Origin: a virus
Taxonomy: Duplodnaviria > Caudoviricetes
Length of the DNA: 46,663 nucleotides
IMG/VR virus record: IMGVR_UViG_3300032274_000545
Coordinates: 1 to 46,663 of that record
Reading direction: 5' to 3' (one strand)
The notes under the pieces were generated by a model. That model worked only from the letters and a program-made list of their open reading frames with translations. It made no database searches and was not told the DNA's origin. Below, in pieces: positions 9,477 through 17,632 of this stretch. Both the position numbers and the translations under genes were made by a program. The first letter of the stretch is position 1; every line of letters starts with the position of its first letter.

Positions 9477-9709
9477 CCCTCTTCATTTTGCTTCGCCTGA
9501 GCGGAAGTTAAAAAATCATCCGGCAAAGATAGCGCCCGTCGTGTGCCGCGTTCGATAAGATTAGCGTCTTTCGGATTCAAGACCTTCAAAATGGTTTTTC
9601 TAAGCCATACAGATTTCCCCATCCCCTCTGTACTCGAAGCGTTTTCAATTGCGGCCTTTAGCGCAGGGGTGACTAAAAATTCAATGCGTTCTGTCTTATT
9701 TCCTTTCAT
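9473..9709 (-). CDS. Ribbon-helix-helix-like regulator
   Basis: KTERIEFLVTPALKAAIENA...GMGKSVWLR pattern. Confidence 0.7.
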   Translation of the reverse strand: MKGNKTERIEFLVTPALKAAIENASSTEGMGKSVWLRKTILKVLNPKDANLIERGTRRALSLPDDFLTSAQAKQNEEG

Positions 9710-9710
9710 A

Positions 9711-9744
9711 CGTGCAATATACGGATATTGTACGTTATTTGCAA
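9711..9744 (-). promoter_or_regulatory. Promoter with overlapping palindromic operator
   Basis: TTG-N20-TATATTGC ending 4 nt before the ATG; inverted repeat CGTGCAATAT-acgg-ATATTGTACG at 9711-9734. Confidence 0.65.
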
Positions 9745-10002
9745 GAAAATTGCAAGAAAAAAACCGGACAAATCAAATAAGCATCGGAAGTGGTTAACCC
9801 GGAAGCCCCGTAAATACTAGAACCAAAATCGGATTTCATACTCTCTGTCTTCTATCTAATCCAATATACCTATGTTCGCCGAGCATGAAGCACTTAGGGG
9901 ATGTTTGCGCTTAAATAGTTGATTGTTAGCGTATTACAAGTAAGCGATAAACTAAATGTCTTTTTTTGACAAGAAAATTGCAAGAAAAGGAGGAGTTTGG
10001 AT

Positions 10003-10212
10003 TCAAAAACCTGTGAAATCCGGGAGCGCCTCAAACTCGCTCTGAGTGAGTAAACAAGTCTCGAAAGTATATTTTTCGATTTCGCCCGTGTCTTCTGTAT
10101 AAGCAACCATGTTGTTAATTACCTCTCGCATGTTTTCAGGCTTTTCGATAAAGGGGTTAGACTCTTCTAACGTAATTTTTATATACACTTTTTTTGCTTC
10201 AATCTTTTCCAT
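10003..10212 (-). CDS. Hypothetical acidic protein
   Basis: ORF with A-rich leader. Confidence 0.65.
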   Translation of the reverse strand: MEKIEAKKVYIKITLEESNPFIEKPENMREVINNMVAYTEDTGEIEKYTFETCLLTQSEFEALPDFTGF

Positions 10213-10270
10213 CTCTCTAAGGTTTTATTTTATTTTTGATGTATTATGTAATCAGTGCGAGTAGAAATAG

Positions 10271-10711
10271 TTAATCTCCCGAAGGATAAGTTATGTCATT
10301 AACCATATCTTCGCGATCAAACCAGCCTTCAAAGTAATCGTCTATACTCGCTTGAAAGCCCCGCGCTTTTATCTCCATTTCTATCGCGGCGTGGTTGCTC
10401 TTAAGTATCCGGCCTAATAAAAGCACAAAATACTGATCGCCTGGCCTTGCCCCCCATTTTTCAAGCCCACCTCCCACACATAATCCCTTGCACTGAACAA
10501 GAATCTGAGGTCTGTTTTTTGCATAGCCGTTGGAGAACACAATATCAACGTCAGTCGGATGGTAGCATCGTCCTTTTATTTTGATATACCCATTAACAAA
10601 AATTCTATTCCAGAACGGTTTGATTTCTCTGTACTCCTCTTTTTTTTCGTGCAAGAGGATTTCTTTAAACCATCGCCCTTTTAAATTTAAATGCAAAATA
10701 GGGTTTTCCAT
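10271..10711 (-). CDS. ASCH/PUA-like domain protein ending in DITYPSGD
   Basis: LHLNLKGRWF.EIL...KKEEYRE..PFW..R; FSNGY; start ATG 10711 overlaps the MTase stop. Confidence 0.75.
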   Translation of the reverse strand: MENPILHLNLKGRWFKEILLHEKKEEYREIKPFWNRIFVNGYIKIKGRCYHPTDVDIVFSNGYAKNRPQILVQCKGLCVGGGLEKWGARPGDQYFVLLLGRILKSNHAAIEMEIKARGFQASIDDYFEGWFDREDMVNDITYPSGD

Positions 10712-11475
10712 TATTTTATTTTTGAAAACAAATCTTTTTGAATGCCCGCGCTCATGCGGCGTTTTGCTGCGGCGTAGTAATCGGGGTCTATTTCGTAGCC
10801 GACGTAGTTCATATCGAACCGCTCGAACGTTAACAGACTGGACGCGCCGCCAACGTGCGTATCTAACAAAATCCAGTCCTTTTGAATTCCTTCTAGTTTC
10901 AAAACCCAACTATATAATTTTGTCGGCTTATGGTTCGGGTGTACGCGCTTTTCGCATAGCGCCCGATTGCCTTGACTTATATGTCCTTCCCTCAAACTTC
11001 TTCCCTGTAGTAACCCGTTCCACATATACCGAACCCGCCGGACGCTAGAAAATAAATTCGTCCAAGCAACCTCAAAATCGCTTTGGTCGCAATCGCCGTT
11101 TACTTTGTCCCAGAAAATTCGGCCTGAACTTTGCGCTTTCTGGTCAAACTGGAGGTAGTTACAGCCCCAAATTATTTGATATTTTGAAACCCGGAAAAGT
11201 TCATCAAAGTATTCCTGGTTAGGTTGCTCGTTGTCATAGCGGCTAGTAAGTTTGTATTTTTGCGGTTTCACTTTTACAACTGCGCCGTTTCTCTTATCGC
11301 GCTTTTTTATCGCGGTGCCATCTTTGCGAAAAACACGCCCTTGGTGCTTCCTCCCGTCGTCCTGTATCCCGTATGGCGGATCGATTATAGCCAAACCAAA
11401 ATAATTATCAGGATAAGACGGCAGCCCGTTCTTTTTATCCATACAATCGCCAAGTATAAATTTATTCCCCATCAT
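10711..11475 (-). CDS. DNA N6-adenine/N4-cytosine methyltransferase (beta class)
   Basis: GDCM; DPPY; HPNHKP; LDTHVGGASS; GYEIDPDY. Confidence 0.9.
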   Translation of the reverse strand: MMGNKFILGDCMDKKNGLPSYPDNYFGLAIIDPPYGIQDDGRKHQGRVFRKDGTAIKKRDKRNGAVVKVKPQKYKLTSRYDNEQPNQEYFDELFRVSKYQIIWGCNYLQFDQKAQSSGRIFWDKVNGDCDQSDFEVAWTNLFSSVRRVRYMWNGLLQGRSLREGHISQGNRALCEKRVHPNHKPTKLYSWVLKLEGIQKDWILLDTHVGGASSLLTFERFDMNYVGYEIDPDYYAAAKRRMSAGIQKDLFSKIK

Positions 11476-11756
11476 CTCCGTTTTTTACCTTTCCGCTCCA
11501 ACCACGCGTCAGCCTCCGACTCCCGACAGTACCACGTCGAGTTTACCGCTTTTTGCTCCGCCGGAAACTTCCCTTTCGCCGCAAGCGAAGAAATATGTTT
11601 TGCCGTATACGGGTTGCCTTTCGACTTCAGCCAGTCAACGACCCTTATGGGTTTTTCGACTTTTTTTTCCAATGCTTCCAGGCGCTGGTATAGCTCAGAA
11701 AACATTTCGTGCAGGGGTGCTAGGTCGGCCTGTGTTGCTATGTCATTGATATTCAT
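11472..11756 (-). CDS. Excisionase-like/winged HTH protein
   Basis: Coiled coil followed by ...AAKGKFPA...STWYCRESEADAWL. Confidence 0.55.
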   Translation of the reverse strand: MNINDIATQADLAPLHEMFSELYQRLEALEKKVEKPIRVVDWLKSKGNPYTAKHISSLAAKGKFPAEQKAVNSTWYCRESEADAWLERKGKKRR

Positions 11757-11761
11757 AATTG

Positions 11762-12154
11762 TTAGTATTTCCCGGTTTCCAAATATTCCTTTACTATCTT
11801 TTTGAACTCTTCCAGGCTCCGTGGTATAGCATAGCCGTATCCGTACTTAACCACGACTTTTTCAAATTCCTTTTGGTTCGGTTGCTGCCTGCCTTTTGGC
11901 GTCTTCATTTCGATATACAATCCCGCCAGGTCGCCGGAAGGTATAGAAAGAAACAGGTCGGCCACTCCGGCGGTCATTCCTGCGCGTTTCAGTCGTGCGC
12001 CCTGCTTTGCCCCTCCGCTTAACTTAATGCCATTCAGGGACGAAAAGAGCAGCATTGAGCGCGTCGGGTAGTTGTTGCGCCACCACGCGACGCACTCGCT
12101 TTGTATCTGTTCTTCTGTTTTGCTGTGCGTTTTTCGCCATTGCTGTACAGTCAT
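11762..12154 (-). CDS. VRR-NUC nuclease (Holliday junction resolvase-like)
   Basis: EEQIQ; GMTAGVADL; IEMKTPKGRQ...QK motifs. Confidence 0.9.
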   Translation of the reverse strand: MTVQQWRKTHSKTEEQIQSECVAWWRNNYPTRSMLLFSSLNGIKLSGGAKQGARLKRAGMTAGVADLFLSIPSGDLAGLYIEMKTPKGRQQPNQKEFEKVVVKYGYGYAIPRSLEEFKKIVKEYLETGKY

Positions 12155-12155
12155 T

Positions 12156-12329
12156 TCAAATATTTTTTGAGCGTTTCCGCTTCGCTTTTTTCTTCGCCGC
12201 ATTGACAATCAATTCAATCCATCCCGGCCGTACCGCTTGCAGTTTGATTTTGACCGGCTCTTTGAACTCCCCTGGAATAACCTTCCCGCGCCAGTCGCGT
12301 TTTGGTATTTCTATTTTGAATTTTTCCAT
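12156..12329 (-). CDS. 57-aa basic hypothetical protein
   Basis: Read by hand (MEKFKIEIPKRDWRG...); fills the gap. Confidence 0.5.
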   Translation of the reverse strand: MEKFKIEIPKRDWRGKVIPGEFKEPVKIKLQAVRPGWIELIVNAAKKKAKRKRSKNI

Positions 12330-12341
12330 GCCGCCTTTTTT

Positions 12342-12551
12342 TTATTCGCCGTACTCCTCCGCTACGGCTTTGTACAAATCCATGAATATTTCCTTAATTA
12401 CCACTTCGGAAACACCTTCTTTGAGTAATTTTTTGGCCACTTTTTTAAAAACCTCTGCGCCATTACCCCACCATTCGTCCTCTGGCGGTAATTCGTTTTC
12501 AATAAATGTTGTTAACTCTTTCATATCAATACTCATATTCATATACGTCAT
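12342..12551 (-). CDS. Hypothetical protein
   Basis: ORF in operon; start uncertain. Confidence 0.6.
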   Translation of the reverse strand: MTYMNMSIDMKELTTFIENELPPEDEWWGNGAEVFKKVAKKLLKEGVSEVVIKEIFMDLYKAVAEEYGE

Positions 12552-12837
12552 ATTTCAAGCAAATTTCGTGCAATTCCGGTATAGCTCGGAACGTGGACCA
12601 TTTTCGGCCTGAAGAATCATACTGCTTCTGCATAAGATATTTTTGCCCCGGCTTGATTTTGCCATTGCCCCATTTCCCGAATTCCACGTAAGCCCGCAAG
12701 GCCTTCCAGTCCTTTACCCATTTACCATTTTTGACCTCCCCTAAATCACAAGGATTAATGTATTCTATCCATATCCACGCCATACAATCGTGCACCTTCC
12801 GCGCTTTCACAATTCTTTCTTCTATTAATTCAGCCAT
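12526..12837 (-). CDS. Hypothetical protein (KARKxHxC type)
   Basis: VKARKVHDC...IKPGQKY pattern seen in phage proteins. Confidence 0.7.
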   Translation of the reverse strand: MAELIEERIVKARKVHDCMAWIWIEYINPCDLGEVKNGKWVKDWKALRAYVEFGKWGNGKIKPGQKYLMQKQYDSSGRKWSTFRAIPELHEICLKYDVYEYEY

Positions 12838-13253
12838 TGTTTTTTTTTTACCTCCGCCTGCGCCGCCTCGAGCGTAGGCAAAGCTTTTGTTAATCCGATC
12901 TCAACCGCCGTATGTATCGGCGAAATATTGTGGTCGTAGGCGGTGTAATTACCTGGTTCACCGGACGCGATAAGATACTCGTTATCCTCTACGACTAACG
13001 CGCCTATTGTGCCGTCTTCGAACAGATACCACGTGTCCTCGTGTTTTTTGATTATTTCAACCGTCTTTTTGAACTCCGAGAAAGCCGCTTTGGCCATTCT
13101 CATATGCAATTCGCTTTTTTCACGATCTATTGGGTCTTTGACTTCCGCAATGGCGCAGTCTAATTCCAAGCTATCGGAATCCAAGAAATCAGCCATTATT
13201 TCAATCAGATTTTGTTCTACGTTGTCAAACATTGCTTCTTTTACGTGTTTCAT
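12825..13253 (-). CDS. Hypothetical protein
   Basis: ORF in operon. Confidence 0.6.
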   Translation of the reverse strand: MKHVKEAMFDNVEQNLIEIMADFLDSDSLELDCAIAEVKDPIDREKSELHMRMAKAAFSEFKKTVEIIKKHEDTWYLFEDGTIGALVVEDNEYLIASGEPGNYTAYDHNISPIHTAVEIGLTKALPTLEAAQAEVKKKQWLN

Positions 13254-13418
13254 GTCGTCGTTTTTTACCCGACGCCGCCGCGCCTACCTGCTGGTAATGG
13301 CGCTCGGGCGTTGGGTGTTAGAATAAAATCAAGTCTTCTACTGTCATACCGTGGGGGATTAAATGCGCCCGGCGAGTTGCAGTCCGCCAGGCGCGGTCAA
13401 TTACAAATCATAATCTCG

Positions 13419-13490
13419 ACGCGGGAGCCGGATTTGAACCGACGACCTGGAGGTTATGAGCCTCCCGCGCTACCACTGCGCTATCCCGCG
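13419..13490 (-). tRNA. tRNA with CAT anticodon (Met-type; no encoded CCA)
   Basis: Cloverleaf: acceptor CGCGGGA/TCCCGCG; D-stem GCGC/GCGC; anticodon arm GGAGG-CTCATAA-CCTCC; T-loop GTTCAAATC. Confidence 0.9.
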
Positions 13491-13559
13491 AAAAGCCGTG
13501 GGGGCGGCGTAAATTTCCGGGCTTCTCCGCTTACGTCCTTGTTTGCCCGGTATGTTGAA

Positions 13560-14336
13560 TTAGTTGTTGTCAAACCGTTGCATGTGATCATACTTAATGC
13601 ACTCGAAAAGATATTCCGCTATAACTGGCGAAACAGCGTTACCGTATGCGCTTAACCGAGGCACTAGATATGATCGGGAACGTGATCTATCTCGAACCCC
13701 ATCATCCACGCCGAAAACTGCGGGTTTGCCAAACCTTTGCTCAAATTGTAAAAAGGGACTCCTTTTGTTATCCAATGCAGCGTCCTTTTCTTTTTTAATC
13801 TTTTTAAAGATCCGGCCAGAGTCGCCGTGTAGTAGCTCTTGCCGTCTCGTTCCATTGGCGTAGGCAATAACAAACAGCCTTTTTCTTCTGTGAGGCATTC
13901 CAAATGCGGAACATGATATACATTCCCATTGCGCATCGTACCCGAGGTCGGAAAGGTCGCATAGGACGCGCTCGAAGCCGACCCTAAGTAATTGAGGTGA
14001 ATTTTCAATAATCGCATATTTGCAATTAGTTTCTCCGATGATTCGGGCGTACTCTGCCCAAAGATAAGATTTCGCGCCTTTAATCCCTTCCTGTTTCCCC
14101 GCGACAGAAATATCTTGACACGGAAATCCACCACTGAGGACGTCAACTTTGCCCCGCCATTCTCTGCCGTCGAATTCTTTAATATCGCTGTATTGCTTTG
14201 CATTGTATTTCTCTTTGCATACGTTCCGGCAGAAAACTTTTTGCTCTACCTCGAATAAGGTTTTTATTCCTGCGCGTTTTGCGCCTTCCCCGAATCCTTC
14301 TATCCCCGAAAATAATGAACCGTGTTTTAGTGCCAT
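13560..14336 (-). CDS. DNA (cytosine-5) methyltransferase, main polypeptide
   Basis: SLFSGIEG (I); GGFPCQD (IV); IENS (VI); PHRRKRLF (VIII); YGNAV (X). Confidence 0.92.
   Translation of the reverse strand: MALKHGSLFSGIEGFGEGAKRAGIKTLFEVEQKVFCRNVCKEKYNAKQYSDIKEFDGREWRGKVDVLSGGFPCQDISVAGKQEGIKGAKSYLWAEYARIIGETNCKYAIIENSPQLLRVGFERVLCDLSDLGYDAQWECISCSAFGMPHRRKRLFVIAYANGTRRQELLHGDSGRIFKKIKKEKDAALDNKRSPFLQFEQRFGKPAVFGVDDGVRDRSRSRSYLVPRLSAYGNAVSPVIAEYLFECIKYDHMQRFDNN
13664..14203 (-). CDS. Nested alternative-frame ORF: putative beta subunit of the C5 methyltransferase
   Basis: 179-codon open frame with LLPTP and NPQFSAWMMGF (motif IX-like), which the main frame lacks. Confidence 0.7.
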   Translation of the reverse strand: MQSNTAILKNSTAENGGAKLTSSVVDFRVKIFLSRGNRKGLKARNLIFGQSTPESSEKLIANMRLLKIHLNYLGSASSASYATFPTSGTMRNGNVYHVPHLECLTEEKGCLLLPTPMERDGKSYYTATLAGSLKRLKKKRTLHWITKGVPFYNLSKGLANPQFSAWMMGFEIDHVPDHI

Positions 14337-14590
14337 ATCTCTTTTTTTAAAAAACCAGCGCGGGAAAAAGAAACGCGACTGACTTTTAAACCGCGCCGGA
14401 AGAAAAACCAACTTTCGCAGAGCAACCGAGCCGGAACCCGGTTGAAGAAGATTCTATCTACTTATAAAAAACTCTGCGAAAATTGCCGGGGCGCTTTTTG
14501 AGGCGATAATTACCAATTTGATTCACTATAATTTTGTTCCGCGCCTACCTGCCCCGGCTGGCCGCACTTTTGCGGTTTTCTTATGTTCCT

Positions 14591-14812
14591 TTAATCGCCT
14601 GAAGGATAAGTAATATCTTGAACCATATCCTCCGCGCCTAATCCGTATTGATTCATACCAGCAGCTTGTCGCAAGTCGAACAAAAAAGCCCTGTAACAGC
14701 CTAATTTTACGTCAAGTCGGGCTATTTCAGATTGTTCTTTTTTATTCTGCTGTATTTCAACTAGCGCTTTTACTTTGCGCTCGTAACTTTCGATAAGGTC
14801 TTGAATGTCCAT
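14591..14812 (-). CDS. Small helical protein ending in DITYPSGD
   Basis: ORF with A-rich leader and shared C-terminal tag. Confidence 0.75.
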   Translation of the reverse strand: MDIQDLIESYERKVKALVEIQQNKKEQSEIARLDVKLGCYRAFLFDLRQAAGMNQYGLGAEDMVQDITYPSGD

Positions 14813-15073
14813 TGCTTTTATTTTTCTTCCCTCCAGCGTGACACGCGCCCCGCTTTTGGTGTTGTATAAGTATTGAATGTGAAGAAAATAATTTTCGGGC
14901 GTGGGTCTATCCTGCGCCTTTTTCTTTCTTAATAACCCGGCGGCTCCCTTCCGTCTCCCCCAAAACGTCCAGTCTTAACCGCCGGGCACCCTTACGGGTA
15001 ATCCAGTCTTAAGGTCTGAGGGAGGATCAACCGGATTGTATGTTTCTTAATTCGTTCTCTAACCGTTTCAAAA

Positions 15074-15418
15074 TCACCTCTTACCGCCTTGCTTTGCCCC
15101 TAATTTTTCGATTTCGTCAATCCGCGGATTGAGTAGTCTTAACGCCGGGCTTAAGACACTTGAATCCTCTTCTGTTACCGCGTCCCAATGGTTCATAGCG
15201 TCTGCCATGCTTTCTGCGATTTCAGATATTGCCGCCGCGTATTCGTTCAGCGCCGCCTCTTTTTCTTCTCTTAGTTTCAGCATCATAGCGCCATCGCTAA
15301 AAGCGCACTGCAACCGAATTTCATTAATCGCATTACCGATATAATTGATAGTCTGAGTCGCTAACAAAATCCTGCTGTATGGGTCTATTTTGTAAGGAAG
15401 GAACTTCTTCGCACTCAT
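15074..15418 (-). CDS. Hypothetical helical protein
   Basis: ORF in operon. Confidence 0.65.
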   Translation of the reverse strand: MSAKKFLPYKIDPYSRILLATQTINYIGNAINEIRLQCAFSDGAMMLKLREEKEAALNEYAAAISEIAESMADAMNHWDAVTEEDSSVLSPALRLLNPRIDEIEKLGAKQGGKR

Positions 15419-15575
15419 AATTTTTTGTTGTTGATTTCAAATAATTCACTCTCTAATCTTCTCAGTATCGTTTTATCAATTTCTCGCTGTCGTAAGTTTC
15501 GTGGATCCTCCACCGCCTTTTGCATGACTCTAATCATTAGCGTCAGGTGTTCCGGGGTTTGTGGCGCGAGGGGCT

Positions 15576-16019
15576 TCAAAATGGTATTTGTTCGTCATAT
15601 TCCGCCTGGATAAATCGCGCTCTTGAAATTTCGTTGTATTTTATCAGCAGGCGCCTTTGTTCCTCCCGAATATTCGGATCGCAAGACTCGCCAAAATGTA
15701 TTTTCGCCGCCGCAGACATTGCGAACCCAGGGCGGTTGAATAATTTCGTTATCTCCCGGTGGTATAGCTTCGTCTTTTTTCTCATCATCCAGGCCGCAGC
15801 GTACCTTGCCGCCGTTGCTTTGTGGCAATATTTCGGGCTTTGCATTTCCTCAAAAGTAATTTTGTACACCTCCTTAACCGCCTCGATGCAGATAAATGCC
15901 GTGTCTAAATCCTTTGCCGCTTGTTTGTTTTTCGACTTACCTAGCGCCTCTCTGACTTTTCGCATGTCGTATAGCGGCTTCAGTGATTCGTATGCTTCTG
16001 AAATTGTGTAGTCTTTCAT
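15576..16019 (-). CDS. DnaA domain IV-like HTH protein with SSB-like tail
   Basis: IEAVKEVYKITFEEMQSP....AARYAAAWMMRK....EITKLFNR; ends YDEQIPF. Confidence 0.65.
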   Translation of the reverse strand: MKDYTISEAYESLKPLYDMRKVREALGKSKNKQAAKDLDTAFICIEAVKEVYKITFEEMQSPKYCHKATAARYAAAWMMRKKTKLYHREITKLFNRPGFAMSAAAKIHFGESCDPNIREEQRRLLIKYNEISRARFIQAEYDEQIPF

Positions 16020-16864
16020 GAGATTAGCTTTTTGTGTATTAGTAGTTTTTTTGCTATCGCCTTGACTCTGTCGTTGCCGCCTTTCGCTTCCATCTCCCTC
16101 AGTAGTTGCGTCGCCCGTCGCATCCCTTTTGTATTTCGTTCGTTCTCTATCAGCGCCCTTTTTTCTTTTTCGTATTCGTCAACCGCTTGATTCCAAGCTT
16201 CCGTTTTTTCGCCCGGCTCTAATCGTATCCATCCACGTGCATTAGCGAAGTCGTACCACGCGGAAGGAATTTTATTCCAAGGGCGTTTTTCATATCGCGC
16301 CTGCATTAGCTCGTAAAAGAAATTCGTTTCAAATTGCGCCTGCTCTTTTGCCGACTTTTGCGCCCGTCTCTTTTCTTCCTCGTAAGCGGCTTTTTCTGTC
16401 AGGTAAGCAGCAACTAACTTTCTCCGGTTTTCGTTGTAAGCGGAAATAATTAGCCCTACCTGCCGGGCGTTAAATTCGCCTCCGTACATTTCCGCACCGG
16501 TAACTTCTATTTCATTGTTCGCCCATTGGCGGTATGCTTCGGCGATTTCGTTTAATCCTAAGAATCCAAATCGCTGAATGATATTTACGGTCGCCTCTTG
16601 AATTTCCGGCGTTTCCGCGTCTACCCTTGCGCCGTATTTGTTCGCTAAGTCCGCGAGGAAAGCGCTAACCATTAGCGCCGCCGCTTCCGGCTGATCGTTC
16701 CTAAGCGGCTTCGACCGCCCACGCAAACAAATCATCAATTTCGCTGGCTTGCTCTCTAGCCTCTCTAATCTCAGCCGCAGCCCCGGCAGCAGCCCGTCTA
16801 ATTGTTTCCACTGTTGCAGCGCCGTGACGTTCGCCGGTTTCTTTTTTATTATTTCCTTTGTCAT
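16016..16864 (-). CDS. Replication accessory protein (helicase-loader position)
   Basis: Follows and overlaps the initiator; LNEIAEAY...YG pattern; start uncertain. Confidence 0.5.
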   Translation of the reverse strand: MTKEIIKKKPANVTALQQWKQLDGLLPGLRLRLERLESKPAKLMICLRGRSKPLRNDQPEAAALMVSAFLADLANKYGARVDAETPEIQEATVNIIQRFGFLGLNEIAEAYRQWANNEIEVTGAEMYGGEFNARQVGLIISAYNENRRKLVAAYLTEKAAYEEEKRRAQKSAKEQAQFETNFFYELMQARYEKRPWNKIPSAWYDFANARGWIRLEPGEKTEAWNQAVDEYEKEKRALIENERNTKGMRRATQLLREMEAKGGNDRVKAIAKKLLIHKKLIS

Positions 16865-17618
16865 GCTGTGCGGTTTTTTGCCCAAACCCTTTTTTGTCGC
16901 GTCTAATCCAATTCCGCGCCGCAGCTTTCCAATCTTTCATAGCTGTGCGGCCTGAAACTTTCCATCCGTTCGATTCAAAATGATCGAAAAAGGTTTCGGC
17001 AGATTCGGCGCAAGATTTTTTTTCTGTGAAATAGGAGGTTAATTCTTCAAGTGTTGGTTTTTGGAATTTCTTAGTTTCCTTTGGTGGTTTCGTGGGCGCG
17101 TCCTCTCTCTTAGTATCTTTATTAGTTGTATTATTCTTTATATTAGTATTGTGGGAACTTTCATACCTAGTGCCGTGGGAACTTTCATACCTAGTGCTTG
17201 GTATATTTGTTCCTAGTGAGGAACTTTCGTTCCTAGTGGTTTTTATCAAAAGATCGTAGTTTTCGCCCCAACAAAACCACATGCCGCGAAGTGATTTATT
17301 ATGTAGGTGTGATTCAATTATTGCTGCTTTTTTCAAATTTTCATATCGCTTTGTTACGCTCCGCCTCGTCTTTAATTTTAAGATAGGTTGTTGAGTAACT
17401 ACTAATTTCCAACTAAACAGATAGTATATTTTATCGCCCTCTACTATCTTTTGACACTGCTTTGAGTGTGAGAAATCTTTCAATAATTCAAAAATACTTA
17501 GGTCGATTACGTCTAAATCTAACTTGTGTTCGTCTACTGCTTTCTGGTTTATCTGCCAGCTCCATTTCATAGGATTGAATTTGTATAAATGAATAATGCG
17601 GGGGATTGGATTACTCAT
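16701..17618 (-). CDS. Phage replication initiator (lambda O-like)
   Basis: N-terminal wHTH; repetitive linker; FQKPTLEE...FFDHFESNGW....MKDWKAAARNW C-domain; alternative start at 17570. Confidence 0.85.
   Translation of the reverse strand: MSNPIPRIIHLYKFNPMKWSWQINQKAVDEHKLDLDVIDLSIFELLKDFSHSKQCQKIVEGDKIYYLFSWKLVVTQQPILKLKTRRSVTKRYENLKKAAIIESHLHNKSLRGMWFCWGENYDLLIKTTRNESSSLGTNIPSTRYESSHGTRYESSHNTNIKNNTTNKDTKREDAPTKPPKETKKFQKPTLEELTSYFTEKKSCAESAETFFDHFESNGWKVSGRTAMKDWKAAARNWIRRDKKGFGQKTAQHDKGNNKKETGERHGAATVETIRRAAAGAAAEIREAREQASEIDDLFAWAVEAA
17110..17239. repeat. Iterons plus AT-rich tract: probable replication origin
   Basis: GTGGGAACTTTCATACCTAGTGC at 17151 and 17175; variants near 17207 and 17218; AT-rich 17110-17150. 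Confidence 0.8.
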
Positions 17619-17632
17619 AGAGGCTTTATTTT

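Noticed and set aside
10712-10909. N-terminal extensions in the ORF track (also 2666-2761, 23528-23641, 26728-26862)
   Set aside because: They overlap upstream genes or hairpins; coupled internal ATGs are better starts
13349-13504. CCGTGGGGG direct repeat flanking the tRNA as an attachment site
   Set aside because: Only 9 bp and no integrase; could be chance
15020-15037. ATCCGGTTGATCCT resembling the 5' end of archaeal SSU rRNA
   Set aside because: The similarity does not extend beyond about 14 nt
17151-17239. Repeats as a mini-CRISPR array
   Set aside because: No spacers; in-frame within the initiator gene; typical iterons
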